The notes beneath the pieces are model-generated. The model worked only from the letters and a program-made list of their open reading frames with translations. It made no database searches and had not been told where the DNA came from. 64,000 bases of DNA from Thermoanaerobaculia bacterium (lineage in GTDB: Bacteria; Acidobacteriota; Thermoanaerobaculia; Gp7-AA8), in the NCBI GenBank assembly GCA_035626775.1, contig DASPNA010000152.1:64135-128134 (forward strand). The letters are read 5' to 3'. Of this stretch, positions 1 through 9,416 are shown piece after piece. How positions within the stretch are numbered: position 1 is the stretch's first letter; each line of letters begins with the position of its first letter. The position numbers were made by a program, and so were the translations under genes.

Positions 1-125
1 TCGCGGCCATGGCGATATGAAATACAACGATGGGCAGCTTCGCGATCGCGGCGGTGAAGTAGAGCGGCACCGCCGCGAACATCGTCAGCAGGAGCGTCTC
101 GATCTCACGCGCTCTTGGCGTCATG
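1..125 (-). CDS. N-terminal fragment of a membrane protein downstream of DUF58; continues beyond the window start. Possibly the transglutaminase-like/membrane partner of MoxR-DUF58 operons.
   Basis: Reverse complement of 1-125 reads MTPRAREIETLLLTMFAAVPLYFTAAIAKLPIVVFHIAMAA..., a hydrophobic N-terminus. The position after DUF58 matches the usual MoxR-DUF58-membrane protein order. It is a partial ORF only. Confidence 0.3.
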
Positions 126-1151
126 ACGTCCTCCTGCCAGCGAAAACACGACCGCGGTGCGATCGACGAGTTGATGCACCGGCTCGTGCTCCGCTTCCAC
201 CAGCGCCAGCGCGCGGAAGAGCGGCGCCGCGCTTTCGTCCTGCCGCGCGCGCAGCGTCACGCGCGGCATCGACAGCGTCACGTCCATCCCATCGCGGACG
301 GCGTAGTACACGAGCGTCGCCGCGGCGGCGATCATCTCCTCAAAGTCGTCTGTCGGTGTCCTGCGCGGTTTGTATGGATCGAGCACGACATGCAGCGACT
401 GTGACGCATCGGCCTCGTGCTGCTTCATGATCCAGCGGCCGAGGCTCGCGGATTTTTTCCAGTGCACCTGACGGAGCGAGTCGCCGCGCGCGTATTCGCG
501 GAACGCGTGGATCTCGGTTCCTTGTCCCGGGCGCGCGGCCGCGACTTCGTCGCCGAACGTCGCGCGGAAACGATCGCGCGCCGCGTCGTCGGCGTTGATG
601 CGCGGATAGACGACCACTTCGCTGCTGACGCGCAGGCGCCGCTTCTTCAGCACGAATCCGAACGGGTAACGCGTGTACGAATCGATCGCGCTCACATGCG
701 CGAGACCGCGGCGCGGAAAGAGAAATGTGGCTGCGACCTGGAGCGGCGGGCTCTTAGCCCGTCGAAGCCACCAACGGCCGACGGGCTGAGAGCCCGTCGC
801 TCCAGATGGCACGAGCGGGACCAGCACAGGTTCGGCGAGCGCTTCGGAGGTGAGGACGACATCGCGCACGTTCCAGAGACGCGAGTCGTTACGGATGCGC
901 AACGTGCCTTGCGCAGGACGTCCGGCCCACGCTTCCTCGATGCCCGCGATCTCGATGGTCAGATGTTTCAGGCCGCCCTTCGACGCGAGGCCGGAGAGCA
1001 ACAGGCAACCGAGCATCAGCGTGACGGCGATGTAAATCGCGTTGTTGCCGGTGTTGATCGCCGCGACCGCGAGGACCATCGTGGCGAGGATGTACGCCGT
1101 GCCGACTCGCGTCAGCCGAACGACGCCGTTGAACTCCCAGTCGTTGGTCAC
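105..1151 (-). CDS. DUF58 (vWA-like) domain protein, partner of the MoxR ATPase
   Basis: The 348-aa ORF carries the DUF58 hallmark IHAFREYARGDSLRQVHWKKSASLGRWIMKQHEADASQSLHVVLD. It sits immediately downstream of moxR. It also contains an in-frame copy of repeat family B (738-805). Confidence 0.8.
   Translation of the reverse strand: MTNDWEFNGVVRLTRVGTAYILATMVLAVAAINTGNNAIYIAVTLMLGCLLLSGLASKGGLKHLTIEIAGIEEAWAGRPAQGTLRIRNDSRLWNVRDVVLTSEALAEPVLVPLVPSGATGSQPVGRWWLRRAKSPPLQVAATFLFPRRGLAHVSAIDSYTRYPFGFVLKKRRLRVSSEVVVYPRINADDAARDRFRATFGDEVAAARPGQGTEIHAFREYARGDSLRQVHWKKSASLGRWIMKQHEADASQSLHVVLDPYKPRRTPTDDFEEMIAAAATLVYYAVRDGMDVTLSMPRVTLRARQDESAAPLFRALALVEAEHEPVHQLVDRTAVVFSLAGGRHDAKSA
738..805. repeat. 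Family B palindromic MITE/REP-like element, copy B1 (inside the DUF58 ORF)
   Basis: CTGGAGCGGCGGGCTCTTAGCCCGTCG...CGACGGGCTGAGAGCCCGTCGCTCCAG. Terminal inverted repeats and internal palindromes are shared with copies at 20032-20096 and 50362-50422 and a half copy at 35765-35785. Confidence 0.7.
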
Positions 1152-1159
1152 GGTTCGTC

Positions 1160-2122
1160 TTACCGGGGGACTGCGATCTCGCTGAGCAGCTTCTGGAGGA
1201 ACCGCGCTTCTGGCGATACATCGCCGCGGCTCATGCGCCGGTCCTTCATCACGATGCGATGCGACAACACCGGCACCGCCAGGCGCTTCACATCCTCGGG
1301 GATCACGAAGTCGCGTCCGCCGACCATCGCCAGCGCCTGGCAGGCCTTGAAGTACGTGAGCGCGCCGCGGGTCGAGACGCCGAGGGCGACGTCGCCATGC
1401 GTGCGCGTGATCTGCACGATCAGCATCAGGTACTCGACCAGCGCCTCGCTGACGTGCACGTCGCCGACGCGCGCCTGCAGCTCGCGCACTTCATCGCCGT
1501 CGAGCACAGCCTCGAGATGTTCGAGCGCGTCCTGTCCGCCGCCGGAGCGGAGGAGTTGCTTCTCGTCATTCGCGCTCGGATAGCCGATGGTGAGCTTCAT
1601 GAGGAAGCGGTCGAGCTGCGATTCCGGCAGCGGATACGTGCCGACGTGCTCGATCGGATTCTGCGTGGCGATGACCAGGAACGGATCGGGCAGCGGCATG
1701 CGCCGCTTCTCGATGGTAATGATGCCTTCGCTCATCGCCTCGAGCAGTGCGGATTGCGATTTCGGTGTGGCGCGATTGATCTCGTCGGCGAGCAGAACGT
1801 TGGTGAAGACCGGGCCGGAGACGAACTCGAACTCCTGCAGGTCCTGGTTGTAGATGGTGACGCCGACGATGTCGGAGGGGAGCAGATCGCTCGTGAACTG
1901 GATGCGCTGAAAGCCGAGCGACAGCGAGCGCGCCAGCGCATGTGCGAGCGTGGTCTTGCCGACGCCGGGAACGTCCTCGAGGAGGATGTGTCCCTTCGCG
2001 AGCAACGCGGCGATGCAGAACTGGATCACCTCCGACTTGCCGCGGATGACACGTTCTACGTTCTGCTGCAGCGCCGAAATGCGGTCGAGAGAGCGCGGGA
2101 CCGGTACGGGTTGCGTCGACAT
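1160..2122 (-). CDS. moxR: MoxR-family AAA+ ATPase
   Basis: Walker A LLEDVPGVGKTTLAHALA, Walker B VLLADEINRATP, and ATQNP, all typical MoxR. The protein is 320 aa. Confidence 0.9.
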   Translation of the reverse strand: MSTQPVPVPRSLDRISALQQNVERVIRGKSEVIQFCIAALLAKGHILLEDVPGVGKTTLAHALARSLSLGFQRIQFTSDLLPSDIVGVTIYNQDLQEFEFVSGPVFTNVLLADEINRATPKSQSALLEAMSEGIITIEKRRMPLPDPFLVIATQNPIEHVGTYPLPESQLDRFLMKLTIGYPSANDEKQLLRSGGGQDALEHLEAVLDGDEVRELQARVGDVHVSEALVEYLMLIVQITRTHGDVALGVSTRGALTYFKACQALAMVGGRDFVIPEDVKRLAVPVLSHRIVMKDRRMSRGDVSPEARFLQKLLSEIAVPR

Positions 2123-2192
2123 ACTTTTGTTCTACGTGCGACAGTGCGCGTTCGTTCTCCGGTGCAACAGGGTGGCCATGGGGCGCATTCTC

Positions 2193-2337
2193 CGGTCGGA
2201 GTACCTCGGAGTACCTCGGAGTTCCTCGGAGTACCTCGGGTTCCTCGGAGGGGCTCGGCAGTTCGTGGTTGAACTCCTCCGAGGAACTCCGAGGCACTCC
2301 GAGGTACTCCGAGGTACTCCGAGGAACCGAGGTACTA
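2193..2337. repeat. Family A composite hairpin repeat, copy A1. Tandem 10-bp units GAGTACCTCG/GAGTTCCTCG form a long imperfect inverted repeat.
   Basis: Left arm is 5 tandem units, followed by a central spacer, then right arm CTCCGAGGTA units (the reverse complement). Related copies lie at 32421-32517 and 47165-47268. Confidence 0.8.
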
Positions 2338-2344
2338 ATCGAAC

Positions 2345-2590
2345 CCTCAGCGCGAGCTGACCCGGATCGACCGGCTTGCGCACGAAGTCGCTGAAGCTGG
2401 GCGTCCATCACGCGGCGATAGTCGTCCTCGCCGGTGCCGATGGCCGAGACCGCGATCCCCGGTCCTTCGACTGCTCGCGGATGTGGCGCACGAGAGTGAG
2501 TCCGTCCTCGACCGGCATGGCGATGTCGCTCACGACCGCGTCGAACGAGCCGTTCTCGATCAACGCCATCGCGTGCGGCGGACGCTGCGC
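2345..2590 (-). pseudogene. Remnant of a CheY-like response-regulator receiver domain (C-terminal two-thirds, at least 2 frameshifts, N-terminal half missing)
   Basis: Three minus-strand frames together read ...ALIENGSFDAVVSDIAMPVEDGLTLVRHIREQSKD / GIAVSAIGTGEDDYRRVMDA / SFSDFVRKPVDPGQLAL. These are the beta3-alpha5 motifs of a receiver domain (DxxMP, KPV). No intact ORF exists and upstream stops remove the N-terminus. Confidence 0.5.
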
Positions 2591-2924
2591 TCATGACGCC
2601 AGAGCCCCGGCGCGGGGCTCAACTTCGCGGCGTGACGTCGAGTAGCAGGCAGTCCTCAGTTCAGACCGAACGGCAGGATCTCGCACCTTTCTGCGACCGC
2701 TCGTTCAACTGGCTTCAGGCGTATTCCGGATGGGTTACTTCCGGCGCGCTTCTTCCAACTGCAAACATATTTTTTTGTCCCACCCCTCCAAAGAGGCGCA
2801 CCGCAACGGCGGTACCGCGTTTAATTCTGTTCCCAATCGACAAGCGATGAGTTTTGCCAGTCATGCGCAATGCCCGCATCCGTTGCGCGCCGTTTCGATG
2901 AATGTCCGGTAGACGAGGGAAAGC

Positions 2925-5900
2925 ATGAAAGAAAAATGCGCGGTTCAAGCGAGTGAAACAAGGCGGATCACGAAAGGAGCGGCGTTAAGGCAAACCGGCG
3001 GCGGCCGGACGCGAATTTACCGGATGCTGCTCGCGACTCTCTTTGTCGCTCTGTTCGCGACCTCGCCCTGGGCGGAGGCGCAACCCGCCCGGTGGAACTA
3101 CCTGAGGGATTGGTTCGATCTGACCACCGCCAGTGGCCTCGCGCAAGCCCAACAACACGCGTTATGGGTTCTCGACAATGAAAGCTGGTTCATCGCGAGC
3201 GGTTTTGGCAACGGCGTCCATTACAGGACCGCCGACATGCCCAGACTGCACATCAAGTTGGTGAGAGATGATCTCCGCAAGATTCAAGAGGCCGCGCAAA
3301 TGCGGGGGCTGCGGCCGCAACACCAGACCGCTCAATACCGCCTCGCGAACCAGGCGCCGTACAGCGTCACGATGGGCCCGGCTGCCTTGACCTTTCAAGG
3401 TGCGTCCGTGCGAATGATCGAGGGTACGCGATATGAGCAGACCATCAATCGCGAAATAGAAATCGGCGACATCGTCACCAAGTGCAACAAGTTCAACACG
3501 GTTTCTGCGTTTTCCGGGTGGGCCACCGAAGTGGTGGCGGATCCCACGTTCAATGGTTCGTACCTCGACTCCTACAAGAACCAGTGGCTGAAAGGTCGCC
3601 TGACGCGGACGGCAGTCGAGACATATCGCGAGCCCAAACCCGACAGCTGCAGCCGGCACGTGGCCCGGTATGTCTACCGCTACGAGTATCACGGTCCTGA
3701 CGGGAGGATCCTCGCTTTCTTCCAGCGTCCGCAGGAAGTACCGGGGACTTCGACGTGGACTGCGGACAGTTGTCAGACGCGACAACCGATCCCTGCCCCG
3801 GAGCCGGACCATTTCTGGTCTTCGGAAGGAAACGCCGCACTCGACACATCGAACAAATGCCGCCCGGTGATTCGGTGGGCAGACGGGTCGACGGAAGAGT
3901 TTCACATGGCCGAAAGCCAACGCGATGTGAGCGCGTTCTCGCCCGAGGTCGCCAAACCTTTCAGGCCGACGTGCGCCTCAACAGACCTCACGAACGACCT
4001 GCGTGCCAAGGACCGTAATGGCAACATCACCACCTATCGTTTCACCAGCACAACCGAGACCATGATCGATCCGCAGGGACGTGAGACCATTCTCACGTTC
4101 GAACCGACGGACGACCGCGGCTTCCGACGCCTGATCAGCGTCGACCTGCCGTCTGTTGGCGCTGCACCGCGTCACCGGTACACGATCCAGTGGCGCGCGC
4201 CGCTCCAGGTTTCTTTTGCATCGATCTGGCCCGATGTGACCTGCCGCACGAGAGAGGGAGCCGTTCAAGCCTGCGGCACGAGCTTCGTTCAATTGGTGGA
4301 CTCCGTCACGATCCCTGACGGGCGTCGCTACACGTTCGAGTATGGCCCCTGGGGGAATCTGACGCGAGTCACGGAGCCTGGCGGCGCCATTCGCGAGTTC
4401 CAGTACGGCGATGCGGCCAACCTGGCGTACGCACGAGCGGCGTCTACGGAATCGGACACACTCATCGATTCGACCGATTGCGGCGTCATGTGGTCGGAGG
4501 AAACTCTGCGCATGCACGCTCGTGGCCTGGTCCGCGAGCGAGTCCTGCCGGACGGCGTGGGCGGCGCTGTTTACGAGACGAAAACCAACATCGTGGTGGA
4601 AAGGCTGAATCCGCAGCTGTATCCGCAATGCGAATACGACATCGTCGGAGCGGCTACGCGCGGGCCGGATGGTTGCGCGCAGGTCTGGAGAGAGAACACG
4701 CTGCCCGACGGATCAGTCGTGCGAAACGGTACCGTCTCTCGTGCGATTCCTTTCCCGACGGACCATGAAGATGACGTATTCACGTTGCCGCCGTCCGTGC
4801 CGGTGCTCATCCACGGATGGAGCATCGGGCAAGAGCGTTGGTCCGGCCCAACGTTGCTCAGCGCGCAATACTCCGGCGATAAACAGACCGGCGAGCTCTA
4901 TTACGACTTCGATCTGGTCAAGGCGGTCACTCTGCCCGGCGCAATCCCGGCGAACGTCCGTCCGTCGAAGGCGATCTCCTTCAAGGACGGTTTGTACACG
5001 ACCTCAAATTTCGTCTATGGCAACGCAGTGGATATCGATCCAAATCCGACCGCGCAGGAGTTGCGTGACACGGAATCGGCTGTCTCGACGTGTCTGTTCG
5101 GTGGATTGGTCGTCGCGCGCGGCTGTACCCCGCCGGGTGGGCGTCCGCTCGTCCGTACGGACAACGCGTACGTCAATTATCACGGTCCGGCGATTGACGG
5201 CCCGAATCTTCTTGGACTGGCCGCGGCAAACCGCATTTACGGACCCAACTCCACGGGCACGGCATTTTCCACGACCGCTTTGGCGGAAACGTCGATCGCG
5301 TTCGATCAATTCGCCGTGGTACCGAGCGGTCGGCCAAGTTCGTCTCTCGACCCAAATCTCGGGCGAGCCGCCGGCACGCCGCGCGGGAACGCCACCAGAA
5401 CCACGCAGAGGGTGAGCGCCGGAAAATTCATTTCCAGCGAAATCCGGTATTTCGATACGGGCGACGTGCAGTCGAGTACCGATGCAATGAGACGCACAAT
5501 GACGTCGCTGCAGGATTTCTCATTGTGCAGTTCGAGCACGCCACGATGGACGACGACCACCACGAATGCGCTCGGCCATGTGGCGAGCATCACGGTTGAC
5601 TGCAGTTCCGGGTTGACGCTGAAGACGACTGACGCCAATGGTGAAAGTAGTTTTTCACAGTATGACCATTTAGGACGGTTCGTGGAAACGGCAGGTCCGG
5701 GAGACCAGCTCACGGCCTTGCCACAGTCAGGTGCCCAGGCGTTCACGCGCGCGCCGGACGCTCCGACAGGCGCAGGCACGAAGCCGGGTGACGCAAGGGC
5801 CGCAGGATGGAGGGAGTACCTCGATTTCGGCATCCTCGGCCGGCAGCGTACGGTGATCCATGACAGAGATGGTTCGCCGGACGGCTATTACGTCAAGAGT

Positions 5901-8900
5901 TTCATGGACGGCCTCGGGCGGACCGTACAGACGAGATCCGAAGCTGATCCGGCCAGGTCTGGTTTCGCAGAGGTGGTCTCGACTACGGTCTACGACGGTC
6001 TTGGCCGAGCAGTCAAGAGCCTCGTGCCCTGCTTCGCCGCGTCCAGCAGCAGCATCACGCCGCATTGCGGCTCGGTCGCCACCGAGATCGTATATGACGC
6101 TTTGAGCCGCCCGACAAAAGTCACCTCCCCTGGCGCGGTGACAGTGACCTCTGCTTTCACGCACCAGGACGGCCGCTGGCTCACCATCAATGTCGATGGA
6201 CGCGGGTTGACGACGAAGAGATTCTCGAACCTGCTCGGCCAGGTCGAGCAAATAGACCGGCAGTCCGCGCTCTGTGGCGGTTTCTGTACGGAAAGAGCCA
6301 CGTTCGACGCCGCCGGCCGAACCCTTACCCAGGGAGACGCAGAGGGAAACACCATCCGTTACACGTACGACGATCTCGGCCGACCGTTGTCGATGTCCGA
6401 CCCAAACCTGGGCAACTTGACTTATGCGTATGACGACAACGGAAACTTGACGCGGCAGGTTGATGCAAAGGGGCAGACGATCACATTCAACTATGACGCT
6501 CTGAATCGATTGACCCTCAAAGATTTGCCACCGGCCGGACCGAGCATCGAAGACGTCACCAATTTCTATGATGGCCAGGGACCGAAACCGCCCGATCCGG
6601 GGAGCGCGGCGGCGATCGCATCGATCGCTCCGAACGTGCGCGACGCCGGGACCGGCGCATTCACGCTGACTGTTGACGGCAGCAATTTCGTCGCCGGTTC
6701 TGTAGTGACTTTCAATGGTCAAAGCCGGGCCACGACCTTCGTTAGTTCGCAGCAACTGCGCGCCGCGATACTCGCCGGTGACGTCAACACTGCCGGCTCG
6801 TTCCCGGTGATGGTCGTGAGTCCAGCCCCTGGCGGCGCGTCGAATGCCGCGACGTTCGTCGTCAACGCACGACCAGTGGTCAGTGTGACGCGGCCTGCTG
6901 CGAGCGCGATCTTCGATGCGCCTGCCTCGATCATCGTGGAGGCTGCTGCGACCGACGGCGACGGCATCCGCCAAGTCGAGTTCTTCCAAGGTGCGGCAAC
7001 TTTGGGCGTTGACCAGACGGCGCCGTACTCGGTCAGCTGGAGCAGCGTTCCGGAGGGCACTTATCGATTGACGGCAGTCGCGACGGATACCCGCGGCAGC
7101 ACCACCACCTCGGCGCCGGTCGACGTCACTGTCCGGCCGGGCTCACCGGTGAACGCGTCACAGTTCGTTTCACAATCGGTCCCTGCTGTGATGGTGGCAG
7201 GGCGAACGTACAACGTTTCGGTCACGGTGCAGAACAGCGGTACTACGACATGGACCGCCGCTGATAAATACAATCTCGGCTCCGAGGGGCCGCGGGACAA
7301 CCAGACGTGGGGCTTACACCGCGCACCGCTTCCTGGGTCCGTGCCGCCAGGAGCGCAGGTCACGATCCCGTTCACGGTCACCGCGCCAGCCACACCGGGC
7401 GAGTACGGGTTCCAGTGGGGGATGGTGCAGGACATGGTGGGAGGAGGATGGTTCGGCGCCACCCCACGAGTCACCGTCCGTGCGGAATCGCCTGTGAATG
7501 CGTCACAGTTCGTTTCGCAATCGGTGCCTGCTGTGATGGTGGCAGGGCGAACGTACAACGTCTCGGTCACGGTGCAGAACAGCGGTACTACGACGTGGAC
7601 CGCCGCTGATAAATACAATCTCGGCTCCGAGGGGCCGCGGGACAACCAGACGTGGGGCTTACACCGCGCACCGCTTCCTGGATCCGTGCCGCCAGGAGCA
7701 CAGGTCACGATCCCGTTCACTGTCACCGCGCCAGCCACTCCGGGCGAGTACGGGTTCCAGTGGGGGATGGTGCGGGACATGGTGGGAGGAGGATGGTTCG
7801 GCGCCACCCCACGAGTCACGGTCCGTACGGAAGCACCGGTGAACGCCGCACTGTTCGTTTCACAATCGGTCCCTGCTGTGATGGCGGCAGGGCGAACGTA
7901 CGCCGTCTCGGTGACCATGCAGAACAGCGGTACTACGACATGGACTGCCGCTGATAAATACAATCTCGGCTCCGAGGGGCCGCGGGACAACCAGACGTGG
8001 GGCTTACACCGCGCACCGCTTCCTGGATCCGTGCCGCCCGGAGCGCAGGTCACGATCCAGTTCACGGTCACCGCGCCAGCCACTCCGGGCGAGTACGGCT
8101 TCCAGTGGGGGATGGTGCGGGACATGGTGGGAGGAGGATGGTTCGGCGCCACCCCACGAGTCACGGTCCGTACGGAAGCGGCGGTGAACGCGTCGCGCTT
8201 CGTTTCGCAAATCGTCCCTGCTGCGATGATCGCGGGGCGCACCTATACCGTCTCGGTGAAGATGCAGAACAGCGGTACTACGACCTGGACCGCGGCCGGC
8301 CTATACAACCTCGGCTCGCACGGGCCGCAGGACAACACGACATGGGGCTTGCATCGCACCCCGCTTCCGGCCTCAGTGCCGCCGGGTGCGGAGACGACGT
8401 TCCAGTTCACAGTCACGGCCCCAGCGACGCCGGCCAACTACGTCTTCCAGTGGCGCACCGTGCAGGACACCGTGCAGTGGTTCGGCGAACTGACACCGGC
8501 CGTCACGATCCCGGTGCTTTCCGCCGCGAAGACGGGGCTGATCGCGAGCTGGAACTTCGACGAGGGCATGGGTACGACGACCGCTGATGCCACTGGCAAT
8601 GGAAGCACGGGTACGGCGGGTAAGCTCGACTGGACAAAGGGACGTATGAATTCGGGACTGCGGTTCGTGAGCACAACCAACAACCCGGTGAGGATCAGCC
8701 CTTCGCCCAGGGTCTCTGCGCTGAGTAACGACTTCACGGTTTCGTTCTGGGCGCAGCCGGAGTCCGCGCATCAGATCGACGTGGCGAGCGGCAGCGGCGC
8801 TAGCGGTGTCACGGGCCAGAAATATGTGATTGGTCCGCGCTACGAGTCGTTTGGAGACGCAGGCATTGGCATCTCGCTCGGCAACAACGGAGTGAGTGTC

Positions 8901-9416
8901 TACGAACACAGCGCGAGTCACATGCCGGCAGTGCTGGTGTATTCGGCACCGATCAGCGGCTGGACGCACATCGCCGTGGTGTATGAAAACAAAAGGCCGA
9001 CGCTCTATGTCAATGGCACATCGGTGCTGATCGGCGGGACCAGCTCGCGGTCGAATGTATACGCCGTGCCGGCCGACATCGGCGGGATGGCCTACGGCTA
9101 TTACGACGGTCTGCTGGATGAGGTGCGCATTCACGACAGTGCGCTGAGCCCGGCAACGATCGCGGCAATGGCTCAGGAGACTGTGGCGGATTTGAAAATC
9201 GATGGAGAAACCGGGACAGTGGTGGCGGATGCGTCGGCCGATGCTGCGCAACCGATGGCCCTGCTGAGCGGAACCGTGTCGGCCGACGGCCGGACCACGT
9301 GGATCGACCCCACCTCCTCCTCGACCGGAGACCTCCGTACATTCTCGGCGCGCCTGCGCAAAGCATCGTCTGTTTTTCCACTCACGAATCAACACCGACG
9401 GTTGGAGCCGCTATGA
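2925..9416 (+). CDS. Giant secreted multidomain protein: signal peptide, N-terminal YD/RHS-repeat region, IPT/TIG domain, bacterial Ig-like domain, 4 tandem NBR1-like Ig domains, C-terminal LamG/concanavalin-like domain
   Basis: Good RBS GAGGGA before ATG 2925 and signal-like [22 protein letters not shown] repeats: [36 protein letters not shown]: [33 protein letters not shown]. Four ~115-aa repeats: [31 protein letters not shown]...[16 protein letters not shown]. LamG-like: [12 protein letters not shown]...FTVSFWAQP. Confidence 0.85.
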   Translation: MKEKCAVQASETRRITKGAALRQTGGGRTRIYRMLLATLFVALFATSPWAEAQPARWNYLRDWFDLTTASGLAQAQQHALWVLDNESWFIASGFGNGVHYRTADMPRLHIKLVRDDLRKIQEAAQMRGLRPQHQTAQYRLANQAPYSVTMGPAALTFQGASVRMIEGTRYEQTINREIEIGDIVTKCNKFNTVSAFSGWATEVVADPTFNGSYLDSYKNQWLKGRLTRTAVETYREPKPDSCSRHVARYVYRYEYHGPDGRILAFFQRPQEVPGTSTWTADSCQTRQPIPAPEPDHFWSSEGNAALDTSNKCRPVIRWADGSTEEFHMAESQRDVSAFSPEVAKPFRPTCASTDLTNDLRAKDRNGNITTYRFTSTTETMIDPQGRETILTFEPTDDRGFRRLISVDLPSVGAAPRHRYTIQWRAPLQVSFASIWPDVTCRTREGAVQACGTSFVQLVDSVTIPDGRRYTFEYGPWGNLTRVTEPGGAIREFQYGDAANLAYARAASTESDTLIDSTDCGVMWSEETLRMHARGLVRERVLPDGVGGAVYETKTNIVVERLNPQLYPQCEYDIVGAATRGPDGCAQVWRENTLPDGSVVRNGTVSRAIPFPTDHEDDVFTLPPSVPVLIHGWSIGQERWSGPTLLSAQYSGDKQTGELYYDFDLVKAVTLPGAIPANVRPSKAISFKDGLYTTSNFVYGNAVDIDPNPTAQELRDTESAVSTCLFGGLVVARGCTPPGGRPLVRTDNAYVNYHGPAIDGPNLLGLAAANRIYGPNSTGTAFSTTALAETSIAFDQFAVVPSGRPSSSLDPNLGRAAGTPRGNATRTTQRVSAGKFISSEIRYFDTGDVQSSTDAMRRTMTSLQDFSLCSSSTPRWTTTTTNALGHVASITVDCSSGLTLKTTDANGESSFSQYDHLGRFVETAGPGDQLTALPQSGAQAFTRAPDAPTGAGTKPGDARAAGWREYLDFGILGRQRTVIHDRDGSPDGYYVKSFMDGLGRTVQTRSEADPARSGFAEVVSTTVYDGLGRAVKSLVPCFAASSSSITPHCGSVATEIVYDALSRPTKVTSPGAVTVTSAFTHQDGRWLTINVDGRGLTTKRFSNLLGQVEQIDRQSALCGGFCTERATFDAAGRTLTQGDAEGNTIRYTYDDLGRPLSMSDPNLGNLTYAYDDNGNLTRQVDAKGQTITFNYDALNRLTLKDLPPAGPSIEDVTNFYDGQGPKPPDPGSAAAIASIAPNVRDAGTGAFTLTVDGSNFVAGSVVTFNGQSRATTFVSSQQLRAAILAGDVNTAGSFPVMVVSPAPGGASNAATFVVNARPVVSVTRPAASAIFDAPASIIVEAAATDGDGIRQVEFFQGAATLGVDQTAPYSVSWSSVPEGTYRLTAVATDTRGSTTTSAPVDVTVRPGSPVNASQFVSQSVPAVMVAGRTYNVSVTVQNSGTTTWTAADKYNLGSEGPRDNQTWGLHRAPLPGSVPPGAQVTIPFTVTAPATPGEYGFQWGMVQDMVGGGWFGATPRVTVRAESPVNASQFVSQSVPAVMVAGRTYNVSVTVQNSGTTTWTAADKYNLGSEGPRDNQTWGLHRAPLPGSVPPGAQVTIPFTVTAPATPGEYGFQWGMVRDMVGGGWFGATPRVTVRTEAPVNAALFVSQSVPAVMAAGRTYAVSVTMQNSGTTTWTAADKYNLGSEGPRDNQTWGLHRAPLPGSVPPGAQVTIQFTVTAPATPGEYGFQWGMVRDMVGGGWFGATPRVTVRTEAAVNASRFVSQIVPAAMIAGRTYTVSVKMQNSGTTTWTAAGLYNLGSHGPQDNTTWGLHRTPLPASVPPGAETTFQFTVTAPATPANYVFQWRTVQDTVQWFGELTPAVTIPVLSAAKTGLIASWNFDEGMGTTTADATGNGSTGTAGKLDWTKGRMNSGLRFVSTTNNPVRISPSPRVSALSNDFTVSFWAQPESAHQIDVASGSGASGVTGQKYVIGPRYESFGDAGIGISLGNNGVSVYEHSASHMPAVLVYSAPISGWTHIAVVYENKRPTLYVNGTSVLIGGTSSRSNVYAVPADIGGMAYGYYDGLLDEVRIHDSALSPATIAAMAQETVADLKIDGETGTVVADASADAAQPMALLSGTVSADGRTTWIDPTSSSTGDLRTFSARLRKASSVFPLTNQHRRLEPL
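7141..8520 (+). repeat. Intragenic tandem DNA repeat, 4 x ~345 bp. Copies 1-3 are almost identical at nucleotide level and copy 4 is diverged. Each unit encodes one NBR1-like Ig domain.
   Basis: Unit boundaries at about 7141, 7486, 7831 and 8176. Copies 1-3 differ at only a few positions. The antisense ORF 7061-8242 is a by-product of the repeat. Confidence 0.8.

Noticed and set aside
2193-2337. CRISPR array hypothesis for the tandem short repeats (families A and D)
   Set aside because: Units are 8-10 bp and directly contiguous, with no unique spacers. The two halves are reverse complements. No cas genes are nearby. This is a hairpin-forming repeat, not CRISPR.
7061-8242. 393-aa minus-strand ORF with internal triplication (…[34 protein letters not shown]…)
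   Set aside because: It is the antisense of the tandem NBR1-like repeats of the giant plus-strand gene. Repetition plus high GC keeps the antisense frame open. It has no start context or motifs.
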